Positions 53,484 through 62,952 of a stretch of DNA of 64,000 nt are shown here, piece by piece. Numbering within the stretch: the stretch's first letter is position 1; each line of letters begins with the position of its first letter. Source of the stretch: Fimbriimonadaceae bacterium (GTDB taxonomy: Bacteria > Armatimonadota > Fimbriimonadia > Fimbriimonadales > Fimbriimonadaceae); contig JALOLT010000001.1 of NCBI GenBank assembly GCA_025455775.1, positions 4,444-68,443 on the forward strand. The letters are read 5' to 3'. The position numbers and the translations under genes are program-made. Below the pieces are notes generated by a model. That model worked only from the letters and a program-made list of their open reading frames with translations, had not been told where the DNA came from and made no database searches.

Positions 53484-54244
53484 AAATCGCCTTCAATAGT
53501 GCAAACCTCGTGGGCCGTGCCAACGGCTACCAATTTAGTCTCTCCCGGTGGATGGATTTCCACCATATGACAGTCGAAAAAACTGACGAAGCCGAGTGGG
53601 ATGCGATCTGTCAGGAGATCGCGAGCAACGGGTACACAGCGGTCGAGATTTGGGCTGCTCACCTGGATCCATCCACGGTTGATCTGAAGTCGGCCCAGAG
53701 AAGATTGCGGATCATGCATGACCATGGTATCTCCGCGATTGGCTACGCAGGATCAGTTAGTCGAGAGAATGCTGAACTCCTGTGCACCTTTGGAATCTCG
53801 ACCGCCAGCGCTGGGTTCGGCCAGGATCGCTTGGAAGAAATTCACTCGCTCTGCGAGGAGTTTGACCTTTACCAAAACTACGAGAACCACCCAGAAAAGA
53901 CGGTGGAGGAGATCCTCGCCAGAATCGATGGAGGAAGCGAGAGAATCGGAGTGGCGATTGACTCAGGTTGGTGCGGCACCCAGAACATGAATGCACCCGA
54001 CGCGATTTCCCAGCTTGGCGACCTTGTCAGACATGTCCATGTCAAAGACGTTTTGGCACCGGGGGCTCACGAAACCTGTATCCTGGGGGACGGAATTGTG
54101 GATCTCGAAGGCATGATTACGATCCTCAAGCAGAGGGGTTATTCTGGCTGGTATTCATGGGAAGACGAACCAGAAAACCGAAACCCCTTTGATTCTGCCA
54201 GGCAAAACCGCCTCTGGCTCGAGTCTCAAGTCTCCAGCACATGA
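53480..54244 (+). CDS. sugar phosphate isomerase/epimerase (xylose-isomerase-like TIM barrel)
   Basis: 254 aa from ATG 53480, in an ATGA overlap. The pattern is typical of the family (YTAVEIW..., HVHVKD, GWYSWE). Confidence 0.8.
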   Translation: MKIAFNSANLVGRANGYQFSLSRWMDFHHMTVEKTDEAEWDAICQEIASNGYTAVEIWAAHLDPSTVDLKSAQRRLRIMHDHGISAIGYAGSVSRENAELLCTFGISTASAGFGQDRLEEIHSLCEEFDLYQNYENHPEKTVEEILARIDGGSERIGVAIDSGWCGTQNMNAPDAISQLGDLVRHVHVKDVLAPGAHETCILGDGIVDLEGMITILKQRGYSGWYSWEDEPENRNPFDSARQNRLWLESQVSST

Positions 54245-55206
54245 GCTTTTTCCGCTCCGTCCTCGGGGATATCCCCCACAGTCTCATGGGAGTGACCTAC
54301 TCCCATGAGCACCTCTGGCTGAATAGCCCGCGCCTGGCCAGCCACTACCCAGAGTTGCTTCTCCGGGATTTTGATCTGATTCTGGCGGAGCTCGACTCAC
54401 TCTTCCAACTAGGGGTTCAGACCTGCGTCGATGCCATGCCTGGCAGGAGTGGGAGAGATACTGAGAAGCTCAAGCAACTCTCAAAGCAAAGCCAGGTCTC
54501 GATTATCGCCTCAACCGGTGTCCATCTTGAAGCCTACTACCAGCCAGATGATCCTGTTCTTGCCTGGAATCGGGACGACTTGGCGAGATACTTTCTGGGA
54601 GAAATCGAAGTCCAAACCGAAGAGTCGCCTGCCGTGAGGGCTGGCTGTATAAAGTTGGCCAGTTCTGGATCCAGGCTCACGGATCAGGAGCGAGAGAGGT
54701 TCATCGCTGGTGCCATCGCCCAGGCTAAGACTGGGTGCCCGATCCTGACCCACACAGAAAAAGGCGAGGCTGCCCTCGAACAAGTCGAAATTCTGCTCGC
54801 CCATGGTGCTGTGCCAGAGGGGATCATTCTCTCCCACCTTGACCGGCGCCCTGATCCTGGTTACCACCGGGAAGTCCTATCGACCGGGGTGACGCTTGAA
54901 TATGACTCCTGTTTCCGCTGGAGCAAAGATAAGTCTGATCCTCAGAGCTTCGGCCCAGAGCCTGGAAAAAACCCGACGCTTGATCTTCTGGTCGAGCTTC
55001 TTCCCGAATACCCAGTTCAGTTTGTGATCGGAATGGATGCTGCCAAATCCAGTCTTTGGGAGAGCTATGGCGGCACCCCCGGTCACCTCTTTCTCATCAC
55101 TAAATTCAAAGAGCTGCTCCATGAGAGGGGGCTTCTCTCTGACCTTATCGACGGGCTCTTTATCTTAAACCCGGCCCGGGCTTACCGTTTTCATCGCTCT
55201 CTCTAA
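54241..55206 (+). CDS. phosphotriesterase-related protein (amidohydrolase fold, lactonase-like)
   Basis: 321 aa with N-terminal GVTYSHEHL, the HxH metal site of the PTE/Php family. ATGA overlap. Confidence 0.8.
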   Translation: MSFFRSVLGDIPHSLMGVTYSHEHLWLNSPRLASHYPELLLRDFDLILAELDSLFQLGVQTCVDAMPGRSGRDTEKLKQLSKQSQVSIIASTGVHLEAYYQPDDPVLAWNRDDLARYFLGEIEVQTEESPAVRAGCIKLASSGSRLTDQERERFIAGAIAQAKTGCPILTHTEKGEAALEQVEILLAHGAVPEGIILSHLDRRPDPGYHREVLSTGVTLEYDSCFRWSKDKSDPQSFGPEPGKNPTLDLLVELLPEYPVQFVIGMDAAKSSLWESYGGTPGHLFLITKFKELLHERGLLSDLIDGLFILNPARAYRFHRSL

Positions 55207-55218
55207 GGAAGAACTACC

Positions 55219-56307
55219 ATGAGCAAACGCTGGAAAATCGCTGCGATCAACTTTGACCATATGCATATGGGTGACCTTTTGCGCATGGCTACCAACCACC
55301 CGGAAGTGGACATTGTCGGGGTGAGTGACCTCGAGCCTCCCCGCGCCGCTCCAGTGCTAGAACGGCTTGGAATTGACCAGGCTCTCCTCACAGAAGACTA
55401 TCGGGCCTGCCTCGAAAGATCAAAACCAGATTTGGTGATCCTCTGCCCCGCCACCTCCCACCATGCCGAGTGGGTGGAAAAAGTCGCTCCCTATTGTGCT
55501 CACGTCTTCGTGGAGAAGCCCTTTGCAAGTAGCCTGGCGGAAGCCCATCGGATGATCAATGCCCTTGAGGCTACCGGCAAGCAGCTGGTCATCAACTGGC
55601 CATTGCGCTGGTATCCGTCCCACATGACGGCCAAGCGGCTCCTGGATGAAGGACTCATTGGAGATCTCAAGGAGGTCCACTTCTATGACGGAAATCGTGG
55701 CCCTCTCCGCCATATCATGGATAAGATCGAAATGCCGGAGACCGATCCTGTTACGAAAAACAAGACTTGGTGGTATCAGAAGAGTCATGGTGGCGGGTCA
55801 CTCCAGGATTACCTTGGCTACGGAGTCACTCTTGGCACATGGTTCCACGGCGGCCGTGAACCCATCGAAGTCACGGCAGTCGTCGATATTCCTCCAGGGC
55901 TCGAAGTTGACGAGCACTCATTGGTGGTTTGCCGCTATGACACAGGCCTGAGCAAATATGAAACTCGATGGGGCACCTTTAGCGACCCCTGGATTCATCA
56001 ACCTCAGCCAAAGTGCGGATTTGTCCTCGTTGGCTCAAGGGGCACGATCGCTAGTTACGACTTGGAACCTTCGATCCGAGTCCAGACTCTCGATCGTCCC
56101 GAGGGGTTTGAGATTGCTTCCGATACCCCGCAACATCCCTTCCGAAATCCTATCGAGTATGTGTTGGACTGCCTTGCAAAGGATGAAAAGGTAAGTGGTC
56201 CTCTTTCTGTTGAGATCTCTCTGGTCGGCCAGAAGATCGTTGATAGTGCCGTTCTCAGCGCCACCGAAAAGCGCACCGTCCCCCTCATTACCCACCCCCA
56301 ATCATGA
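55219..56307 (+). CDS. Gfo/Idh/MocA-family oxidoreductase
   Basis: 362 aa with an N-terminal Rossmann fold and the EKP motif (VFVEKPFA). AAGGAAG Shine-Dalgarno. Confidence 0.85.
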   Translation: MSKRWKIAAINFDHMHMGDLLRMATNHPEVDIVGVSDLEPPRAAPVLERLGIDQALLTEDYRACLERSKPDLVILCPATSHHAEWVEKVAPYCAHVFVEKPFASSLAEAHRMINALEATGKQLVINWPLRWYPSHMTAKRLLDEGLIGDLKEVHFYDGNRGPLRHIMDKIEMPETDPVTKNKTWWYQKSHGGGSLQDYLGYGVTLGTWFHGGREPIEVTAVVDIPPGLEVDEHSLVVCRYDTGLSKYETRWGTFSDPWIHQPQPKCGFVLVGSRGTIASYDLEPSIRVQTLDRPEGFEIASDTPQHPFRNPIEYVLDCLAKDEKVSGPLSVEISLVGQKIVDSAVLSATEKRTVPLITHPQS

Positions 56308-57401
56308 GCGATCTGAATTACGACCTTGCAACCGAAGCAGGAGGATTTATTCCGTCCCCTGAAATCAATTATCAGCCGAAGACTCTGAAGACCAAACCAC
56401 CTAAGATTGGCCTAGTCGGGGCGGGCGGCATCACCTCGCACCATCTGAACGCCTATCGCACTGCCGGCTACGAAGTTCTCGCGATTTGCGACCTGGACTT
56501 AGAGCGGGCGATCAGCAAGAGGGACGAGTTCTACCCTGAGGCCATCGCAACCAAAGATATCTCCGACGTCTTGGATAACCCAGATATTGGAGTCGTTGAT
56601 ATCGCTACGCACCCGCCTGAGCGACCTCCGCTGATCGAGGCTGCTCTGAGAAGTGGTAAGCATGTCCTGAGCCAGAAACCCTTTGTGATTGACTTAGATG
56701 AGGGAGAGAGGCTCGTGGCTTTGGCGGAAGAAAATGGCCTTCTGCTTGCTGTGAATCAGAATGGCCGTTGGGCCCCCCATGTCAGTGCGATGCGAGAAAT
56801 CGTCAGTCAGGGTCTGATCGGAGAGGTGATCGGGGTTCACGTTGGCTTACACTGGAATCACGGATGGACGGTCGGCACACCTTTTGACGAAATTCACCAC
56901 TTGGTGCTCTATGATTTCGCGATCCACTGGTTTGACATGCTCCACTGTTACGTCGGGGAGAAAGTTGCGACTAAGACTTATGCTTCCCTCACCAGGGCAT
57001 CAGAGCAAAAGGCAAAACCTCCCTTGTTGGGTCAAGCGTTGGTGGAGTTTGAGGGGGCCCAGGCTACTCTCGTTTTTGATGGCTACACCACCGTTGGCTC
57101 CTTGGATACGACTATTCTGGTTGGCACAAAAGGCATGGTTCGAAGTGAAGGCCCGAACCTGAATGAGCAAACTGTGACCTTGACTACCGAAGCGGGAGTC
57201 GCGAGGCTCGAACTGGAAGGGACGTGGTTCCCAGATGGCTTCCGAGGGACGATGGCTGAGCTTTTATCCGCCCTTGAGGAGGGTCGCGAACCGAGTCACA
57301 GTGGTAGGAACAATCTCCGCGGCTTGGCAACTTGTTTTGCTGCTCTGAAAAGTGCAGACACAGGCCAACCCCAGGTTCCTGGCCAGGTTCGCAAGCTATG
57401 A
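56304..57401 (+). CDS. Gfo/Idh/MocA-family oxidoreductase
   Basis: 365 aa with IGLVGAGGIT and the HVLSQKPF motif. ATGA overlaps on both sides. Confidence 0.85.
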   Translation: MSDLNYDLATEAGGFIPSPEINYQPKTLKTKPPKIGLVGAGGITSHHLNAYRTAGYEVLAICDLDLERAISKRDEFYPEAIATKDISDVLDNPDIGVVDIATHPPERPPLIEAALRSGKHVLSQKPFVIDLDEGERLVALAEENGLLLAVNQNGRWAPHVSAMREIVSQGLIGEVIGVHVGLHWNHGWTVGTPFDEIHHLVLYDFAIHWFDMLHCYVGEKVATKTYASLTRASEQKAKPPLLGQALVEFEGAQATLVFDGYTTVGSLDTTILVGTKGMVRSEGPNLNEQTVTLTTEAGVARLELEGTWFPDGFRGTMAELLSALEEGREPSHSGRNNLRGLATCFAALKSADTGQPQVPGQVRKL

Positions 57402-58033
57402 GTGCCGAGCTTTCGACTCTTGATCAGCTCGGCAAACTTCGCCTAGTGGCAGTGATTCGCGCTCCGGGAAAGGCAAGCCTCCACCAAACGGTGAAAGCTC
57501 TGGTGGCTGGAGGGATTTATGGAATCGAGGTGACACTGACGACCCCCGACGCAATCGAGGGAATCGCCGAGCTGAAATCTTGGGTTCCCCCCGAGGTGCT
57601 GCTGGGTGTGGGAACGGTGCTCGATGGAGAGACAGCCAAAGTAGCGATCCAGGCAGGGGCCTCCTTTGTTGTATCTCCGGTTCTGGAACCAGAGGTGATT
57701 CGAGCGACCAAAGACGCAGGAGCTGTGATGATGGCAGGAGCCTTTACGCCAACCGAGATCTTTCAAGCCTGGCGACTTGGTTCAGATGTCGTGAAAGTCT
57801 TTCCCGCAGCGAGTCTGGGGCCGGACTACTTCCGAGGCGTATTGGCTCCCTTACCCTTCTTGCGCCTGATGCCGACGGGAGGCGTCGACCAGACGAACGT
57901 CGGGGATTGGCTTTCTGCTGGCGCTTTTGCCCTTGGGGTTGGGTCTCAACTAGCGTCGCCTCGGCTCATGAAAGAGGAGAGGTGGGCAGAGATTACGGAG
58001 CTCGCGAAAGGGTTTGTTCAGGCTTTGCCCTGA
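57398..58033 (+). CDS. eda: KDPG/KHG aldolase
   Basis: 211 aa from ATG 57398. GVGTV and the Schiff-base region VKVFPA. Last gene of the operon. Confidence 0.88.
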   Translation: MSAELSTLDQLGKLRLVAVIRAPGKASLHQTVKALVAGGIYGIEVTLTTPDAIEGIAELKSWVPPEVLLGVGTVLDGETAKVAIQAGASFVVSPVLEPEVIRATKDAGAVMMAGAFTPTEIFQAWRLGSDVVKVFPAASLGPDYFRGVLAPLPFLRLMPTGGVDQTNVGDWLSAGAFALGVGSQLASPRLMKEERWAEITELAKGFVQALP

Positions 58034-58069
58034 GGGGGGGCAGGCTATTGGAGGTTATCTCGTGAAGAT

Positions 58070-58094
58070 AAACGACGCTTGAAGTCGTTTTTTT
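58070..58094 (+). terminator. intrinsic terminator after eda
   Basis: aaacgac-gcttgaa-gtcgttt (7-bp stem) running into a T-tract that extends to 58094. Confidence 0.7.
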
Positions 58095-58096
58095 GA

Positions 58097-58166
58097 GTCT
58101 GCCGACCTCCCCGAGGCCACGCCCTCCCCTCCGCTTCGCTCCGGGGCTGCGCCTCGGTCGGCAGAC
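58097..58166 (+). repeat. GC-rich hairpin repeat, GCCACGCCC family (copy B)
   Basis: Arms gtctgccgacc (58097-58107) and ggtcggcagac (58156-58166) pair at 11 of 11 positions. The core is identical to the reverse complement of copy A. Confidence 0.85.
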
Positions 58167-58338
58167 TTTCTGGGGTTTACCCGTGATAACGGAAAGCCCT
58201 GAAAGCCAGTTCAGTTTGCTGGACTTGTAAAGTGCTCTCCGGGTGAGCCCCGAGTAACTCGTGAAATCGCCATGCACCAACAGGAAAGAATCTAGTTATC
58301 TTGACTCCAGCTTCCTTCGGTTGAAACTTCGTCGCAAA

Positions 58339-58410
58339 GTCTGCGCATCCAGGGGCGGAGACCCGACGAAGTCGGGTCGAGGGCGTGGCATCGGGCCGGG
58401 ATGCGCAGAC
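58339..58410 (-). repeat. GC-rich hairpin repeat, GCCACGCCC family (copy D)
   Basis: Arms gtctgcgcatcc (58339-58350) and ggatgcgcagac (58399-58410) pair at 12 of 12 positions. Inner hairpin gacccgac-gaa-gtcgggtc. GGGCGTGGC is on the plus strand. It lies 25 nt past the GH2 stop. Confidence 0.85.
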
Positions 58411-58435
58411 CAAAAATGAGACCCGATGAACCAGC

Positions 58436-61090
58436 CTAACTCATCAAGTACCGGAGCAACCTGCCGCGAAGACTCTGGCTCGCAGGATCTGGCGAATCAA
58501 GGTTCAGAGTGGTCACCAACATCCGACCTTTGCCCACCTGAATTTCTCCGACTGCACAGAGAGGCCGCGAGGTGAACCAGTCGTCGACGACCCGGACAAT
58601 CGGATGAATCCCCGCAACAGACCTCAGGTCAAAGGCCTGGGCCTCCCTCATCAAGCCCCACCACTGCCAGTCCTGGTAAGCCTCGGTCGGAAACCCATCA
58701 AGACCCTCATGATTCTTGGCGATCAGCAGACCTAGGGTATGGGGAGCCTGGCGCTCTGTCCAAGCCGTGTTCCAAAAGATCGGCGTGAAGCCGATCTCTA
58801 AGTCAGGTACGGTAAAGTTTCGATCCTGGCGCAAGTCAGCCCAGATCCGCTCCCCCCTGGACGCTCGCTCCCATAGATCATCGCTCCATTTCGTCACATG
58901 GCTGAACCTCTCAACCTCAGGAGAAAATCCCGAAGGGGGAAACACCCAAATCTTCCACCTATTGGTTGACTCACCCTTCAAAGTCACAACGATCTCATAG
59001 CAAGCTGGTGAAGCCAAGCTCGGCAAATTGAAGACGAACTCTTCCAGACGAGTCAATCCTCCGGTTGGAATTTTGGCGATACGACGAGCCTCAGAGACTG
59101 TCTCGCCTTCCCGAACGAGTGACCAAATCACCTCCCCTTCCCAGTCGCAGGAACCATAGGAATAGATATCCGTCAAGAAATCAAGCGATTCGCCCCCCTG
59201 AAAAACCCTGCGAGGGAGGCGCACAAGAGGAACGAGCGGCGAGCAAAATTCCCGGAACATTGCCCCAGTCAAAGGCTCTTTAGGCTGCCAAAAGTGATCT
59301 AAAACCCCCACCGGAGCAGTTCCCTGGCCAGGGAAATCCTGGAGACCAAGGAGTTGAAAACCGGCAAGACCCTCGGTTCGAAGGCTCGATTCTATCTCCT
59401 CTTTCCAAACGATAGCCTGCAACCCAGCCGAGGCAGCCACCAACTCCTGAGAAATTGAACTCAGCCCGTTCTGGTTCATCCGGTCTTCCATGATCTCCAA
59501 TAGTGTTGGGCGGAGAACACCTGTGTAGTCACTCGCCCGACTTACGTCTGGAAGAACACACCATTGCCCGATTTCATGGGCGATCACTGGCTGGTCGAGC
59601 CTAGCAACCATTTCTTCATAGTCGGCGGTTGTGTTTGGACTCAGGGAATTCAGCCGAGAATCAAGCCCCTCTAACCAAGCGTGACAACGTGGGTCAGGGA
59701 TGACAAGGAAGTCACTCTCTGGGATCGCTGGCCAGCCAGAACCAGCCGTAACGAGAATTGATCCAACGAAGGACTGCATCGTCTGAACCCAAGTTGCCAG
59801 AAAATGCTCCCGCCCCTCAATCGCAGGCTCGTTTCCGTGAGCAAAGAGCAAAAACGAAGGATGGTGTCCGTACTCCTGAAGGATCGAAAGAGATTCGCGA
59901 TAGATCCAATCGTCAACGAGCCCCCCGTGACCCAACCGGCTTATGTCCTTTTCTCTCACCCACGCCGACGCCTCAACCTGGAGATAGATCCCTGCCTCAT
60001 CAGCCGCCACAAAGGCAGCTTCTGGCGGACAGTAACTATGAAAACGGATATGATTCAGGCCGTAGCTCTTGCAAACCTCCATGATTTTATCCCACGGCTC
60101 TCGAACAGTTGGGGGATAGCCTGTGAGAGGAAAGATGCAACAGTCGAGTGTCCCGCGCAAAGACCGAGGCTTGCCGTTGACGAATATTTTCTTGTCTTTA
60201 GTGGCCACAGAACGAATGCCCAACCTTTTGGTTAAGATCGCTTCACCGCTGCTCGCAAGACTGAGCGAAAGGTCATAGAGCTTTGGGTCAAACTCATCCC
60301 ACGGCAAGAAGGGGCTCTCGAAGATAAGGGGGACAGAAAATTGTCCCGTCGTCTTCACGTTGGCCGAAGCGATCTTTGTTTGGTCATCCCAGAGCTGGGC
60401 GATCAAGTGGCAATCAGCAGCGGCATGCCCTGCCAATGTCGGTGAAGACTTCCCATCCCATTCGATCCTGACTCCAGTGATCTCGACAGAAGGTGCAATT
60501 GCCAGGGTAAGGCTTCCAACAATGCCATTCCAGTTGGTTTGTGTGTGGTCACTGATCGAGTGGGCATCTTCGCCAACAAATAAAAGGGCCTCATTGTCAA
60601 CGCAGATCGTGACCCGATGGGTACCAGCTTTCAAAGGATCGAGCCGAAACCTGTGAGGACACCCAAGAGATTCATCCTGGCCCTGAAGCTCGCCATCAAC
60701 CCAAAGGTTAGTTATCCCGTGAGGTCTTTCAAAAGTGAGGATCAGGGGTCTTTCGGCGAGGTCACCAATGATATCAAAGCAGCGCGTATACCAGGCTTTG
60801 CCGCGATAAATCGTCTTCGGTTGGAGCCAGAAAGGCACTCGAAAAGACTCTGGTTCACGATGCCTTGCATAGTCCTCTTTGCTGAAAAACGAGCGATCCA
60901 CGATGCCTCCCGTCCAAGGGGAGTCCACCCCCGGCTGATCACCCAGTCCATGTTCTGCCAAGGATCCAGGCAAAGAAATCCTTGTTTCAAACTCACTGTT
61001 GAACCACTCGTTCTTTTCGCCCACCGACTCCGGATCGAGGCGAACCGTCCACTCACCAGCTAAGTTCACCAGTCCTTCCTTTCGCGGCAA
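58436..61090 (-). CDS. glycoside hydrolase family 2-like
   Basis: 884 aa. N-terminal sugar-binding jelly-roll region, then TIM-barrel motifs NHIRFHSYCPPEAAFVAADEAGIYLQVE and FAHGNEP. Confidence 0.75.
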   Translation of the reverse strand: MPRKEGLVNLAGEWTVRLDPESVGEKNEWFNSEFETRISLPGSLAEHGLGDQPGVDSPWTGGIVDRSFFSKEDYARHREPESFRVPFWLQPKTIYRGKAWYTRCFDIIGDLAERPLILTFERPHGITNLWVDGELQGQDESLGCPHRFRLDPLKAGTHRVTICVDNEALLFVGEDAHSISDHTQTNWNGIVGSLTLAIAPSVEITGVRIEWDGKSSPTLAGHAAADCHLIAQLWDDQTKIASANVKTTGQFSVPLIFESPFLPWDEFDPKLYDLSLSLASSGEAILTKRLGIRSVATKDKKIFVNGKPRSLRGTLDCCIFPLTGYPPTVREPWDKIMEVCKSYGLNHIRFHSYCPPEAAFVAADEAGIYLQVEASAWVREKDISRLGHGGLVDDWIYRESLSILQEYGHHPSFLLFAHGNEPAIEGREHFLATWVQTMQSFVGSILVTAGSGWPAIPESDFLVIPDPRCHAWLEGLDSRLNSLSPNTTADYEEMVARLDQPVIAHEIGQWCVLPDVSRASDYTGVLRPTLLEIMEDRMNQNGLSSISQELVAASAGLQAIVWKEEIESSLRTEGLAGFQLLGLQDFPGQGTAPVGVLDHFWQPKEPLTGAMFREFCSPLVPLVRLPRRVFQGGESLDFLTDIYSYGSCDWEGEVIWSLVREGETVSEARRIAKIPTGGLTRLEEFVFNLPSLASPACYEIVVTLKGESTNRWKIWVFPPSGFSPEVERFSHVTKWSDDLWERASRGERIWADLRQDRNFTVPDLEIGFTPIFWNTAWTERQAPHTLGLLIAKNHEGLDGFPTEAYQDWQWWGLMREAQAFDLRSVAGIHPIVRVVDDWFTSRPLCAVGEIQVGKGRMLVTTLNLDSPDPASQSLRGRLLRYLMS

Positions 61091-62952
61091 TTCTTGGTCT
61101 CAAAAAAGGCTGAAATGAAACCCATGTTGGCATCAAGCTGCATAACTTCATGATCTCCTTCGTGGGAGACGAGCCTGGCAATCTCGGCTGACCCCCACGA
61201 AATGTAGGCACCGCGACAACCTCCCGCACTAAGCGATTTTCCTTCATTCAAAGTTGAGTCAAGCAAGAACCGAAGCCATGATTCCGCCCCCTTCTTCCAG
61301 CCTGCTCTTGCCATAATGCAGATCGCCCAACAGACCCCCCAGGCACTCCATTCTCCGCCGCCTTTGTACGCCCAGTGTTGAAGGGTCTGCTGCATAACCT
61401 TTTGGTCGAAGTCACCCAAGACCCCGAAAGGATAGATTCCAGCTAGGTGACTATGGTGTCTGTGGCTGTGATCTAAGTCTTGACCCTCCCAAAGTCCGAT
61501 GCGATAACGGGGTTTTGTGCGATCTGCGTAAGGGTGATCCGGACAACGAATCAGAGTCGCTTTGGGGAGCTTGCTTGCCACTTCTTGCCACCTCTGATCT
61601 TGTTCTGGCGAGGCTTCGACCAGGCTCTCCACCAAACAGTGGACAGCCGCCAGAGAGAAGCTTGAGTTCTTGCCCCACGTGCCAGAACCTCCTTCACCAT
61701 ATTCTGGGCTTACCGTTAAAGGAAGCTGGAGTCCATCTCCATCTGGTTCCAGCATAGCCCACCATCCTTCAAAAGCGCCTTTCATCAAGGGTAATGCGAG
61801 CCCATTTCGGAGAGACTCGTCGCCAGAACCCTTTGCTGCGCGCCAGGTGAGAATCGCCATCCATGTGGTGGAAACGTGATCCACTGTGCCATGCCAGAAA
61901 GACCCAATCGGCATGAAGCGATCGTCCGTAGCGTGAGGCAACATTAAGGCCCCCTTTCGCTCGAAGAATGCCTCCCCAAGCCGCTCCAACACGTTCCATC
62001 GACTCAAAATCAGATTCCAAACCGGTGTGAGATGATCCCAGAGTTCAAGATCCAGGCAAGGCTGGATAATCATCTGAAGATTGATGTTGAAGTGGTAATC
62101 GTTGCTCCAGAGGGGAGGCCTGTGATCTTCCATCCAAGCACCCTGAAGTGTGCATGCAACCCCTTTCGGATGGTTGAGAATATGGAGTTTCCACAAGCAG
62201 TATCGAAGAGTCTCCTCAACCTTGGCGTCTTCCGGGCTGAGATCGGGAATTCTCTGCCAGAACTCTCCCCAATCAGAGGTAGATTGCGAAAAGGACTCCA
62301 GCCAGGTGCGGCTCGTCAGACCTTCGCCAGATGACCCGACAAAACTGGCAAGCTGAAGCGAAGATGCACCCAGGGTCACCAGGGCAAAGAAAGAATCGTC
62401 GGCAGGGGTGGATTGCCTAAACTGAAAGGGGCCCTCTCGCTCGGCTGGCATCAATCCCTTTTCCAAAAAGACCTTTGGATTGATTTCGCTTGATGCGTCA
62501 AGCTGGATCTTTGGTTCGACACCTGAGTCCCGATCCCATTCAACGTGAAGCAAATCCAGATCCATGTCGTGCAGGATTTGCACTCGTCTCCCACTTGCAA
62601 GAGAAACGACTAGAATTCCTGTCGCGAGGTCAAGCTCTGCAGATTTTGGCGCCTCGTCAAAATCAAGCGTTAACCTCCCTCCTGGGAGCTGGGTCATAGA
62701 TCCAGACTGGCCGGAAAAGGCAGAGGAAACTCCTTCTTCATCGCCAGCCAATAGCTTTTCCCTGAGCTCAGAGTAGGTGAGGGCAAGAGTAAGGCCCCCT
62801 GCTCCCCGTCGATCCCAAAAACCGTTCTGAGCAAACGTAATCTTGATTGTGTCTTCACCCCAAACGAGAACACCCATCCGACCGTTGCCAAGGGCTACCC
62901 CTGTATGAGCTCGCGGGAGAGGAAAATTGAAGGAGATACTGCCTGGTTTCAT
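61066..62952 (-). CDS. six-hairpin glycoside hydrolase, GH95-like N-terminus
   Basis: 628 aa. N-terminal ALGNGRMGVLVWGED...NGFWDRRG resembles the GH95 N-terminal domain motif as remembered. Family assignment is tentative. Confidence 0.55.
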   Translation of the reverse strand: MKPGSISFNFPLPRAHTGVALGNGRMGVLVWGEDTIKITFAQNGFWDRRGAGGLTLALTYSELREKLLAGDEEGVSSAFSGQSGSMTQLPGGRLTLDFDEAPKSAELDLATGILVVSLASGRRVQILHDMDLDLLHVEWDRDSGVEPKIQLDASSEINPKVFLEKGLMPAEREGPFQFRQSTPADDSFFALVTLGASSLQLASFVGSSGEGLTSRTWLESFSQSTSDWGEFWQRIPDLSPEDAKVEETLRYCLWKLHILNHPKGVACTLQGAWMEDHRPPLWSNDYHFNINLQMIIQPCLDLELWDHLTPVWNLILSRWNVLERLGEAFFERKGALMLPHATDDRFMPIGSFWHGTVDHVSTTWMAILTWRAAKGSGDESLRNGLALPLMKGAFEGWWAMLEPDGDGLQLPLTVSPEYGEGGSGTWGKNSSFSLAAVHCLVESLVEASPEQDQRWQEVASKLPKATLIRCPDHPYADRTKPRYRIGLWEGQDLDHSHRHHSHLAGIYPFGVLGDFDQKVMQQTLQHWAYKGGGEWSAWGVCWAICIMARAGWKKGAESWLRFLLDSTLNEGKSLSAGGCRGAYISWGSAEIARLVSHEGDHEVMQLDANMGFISAFFETKNCRERKDW

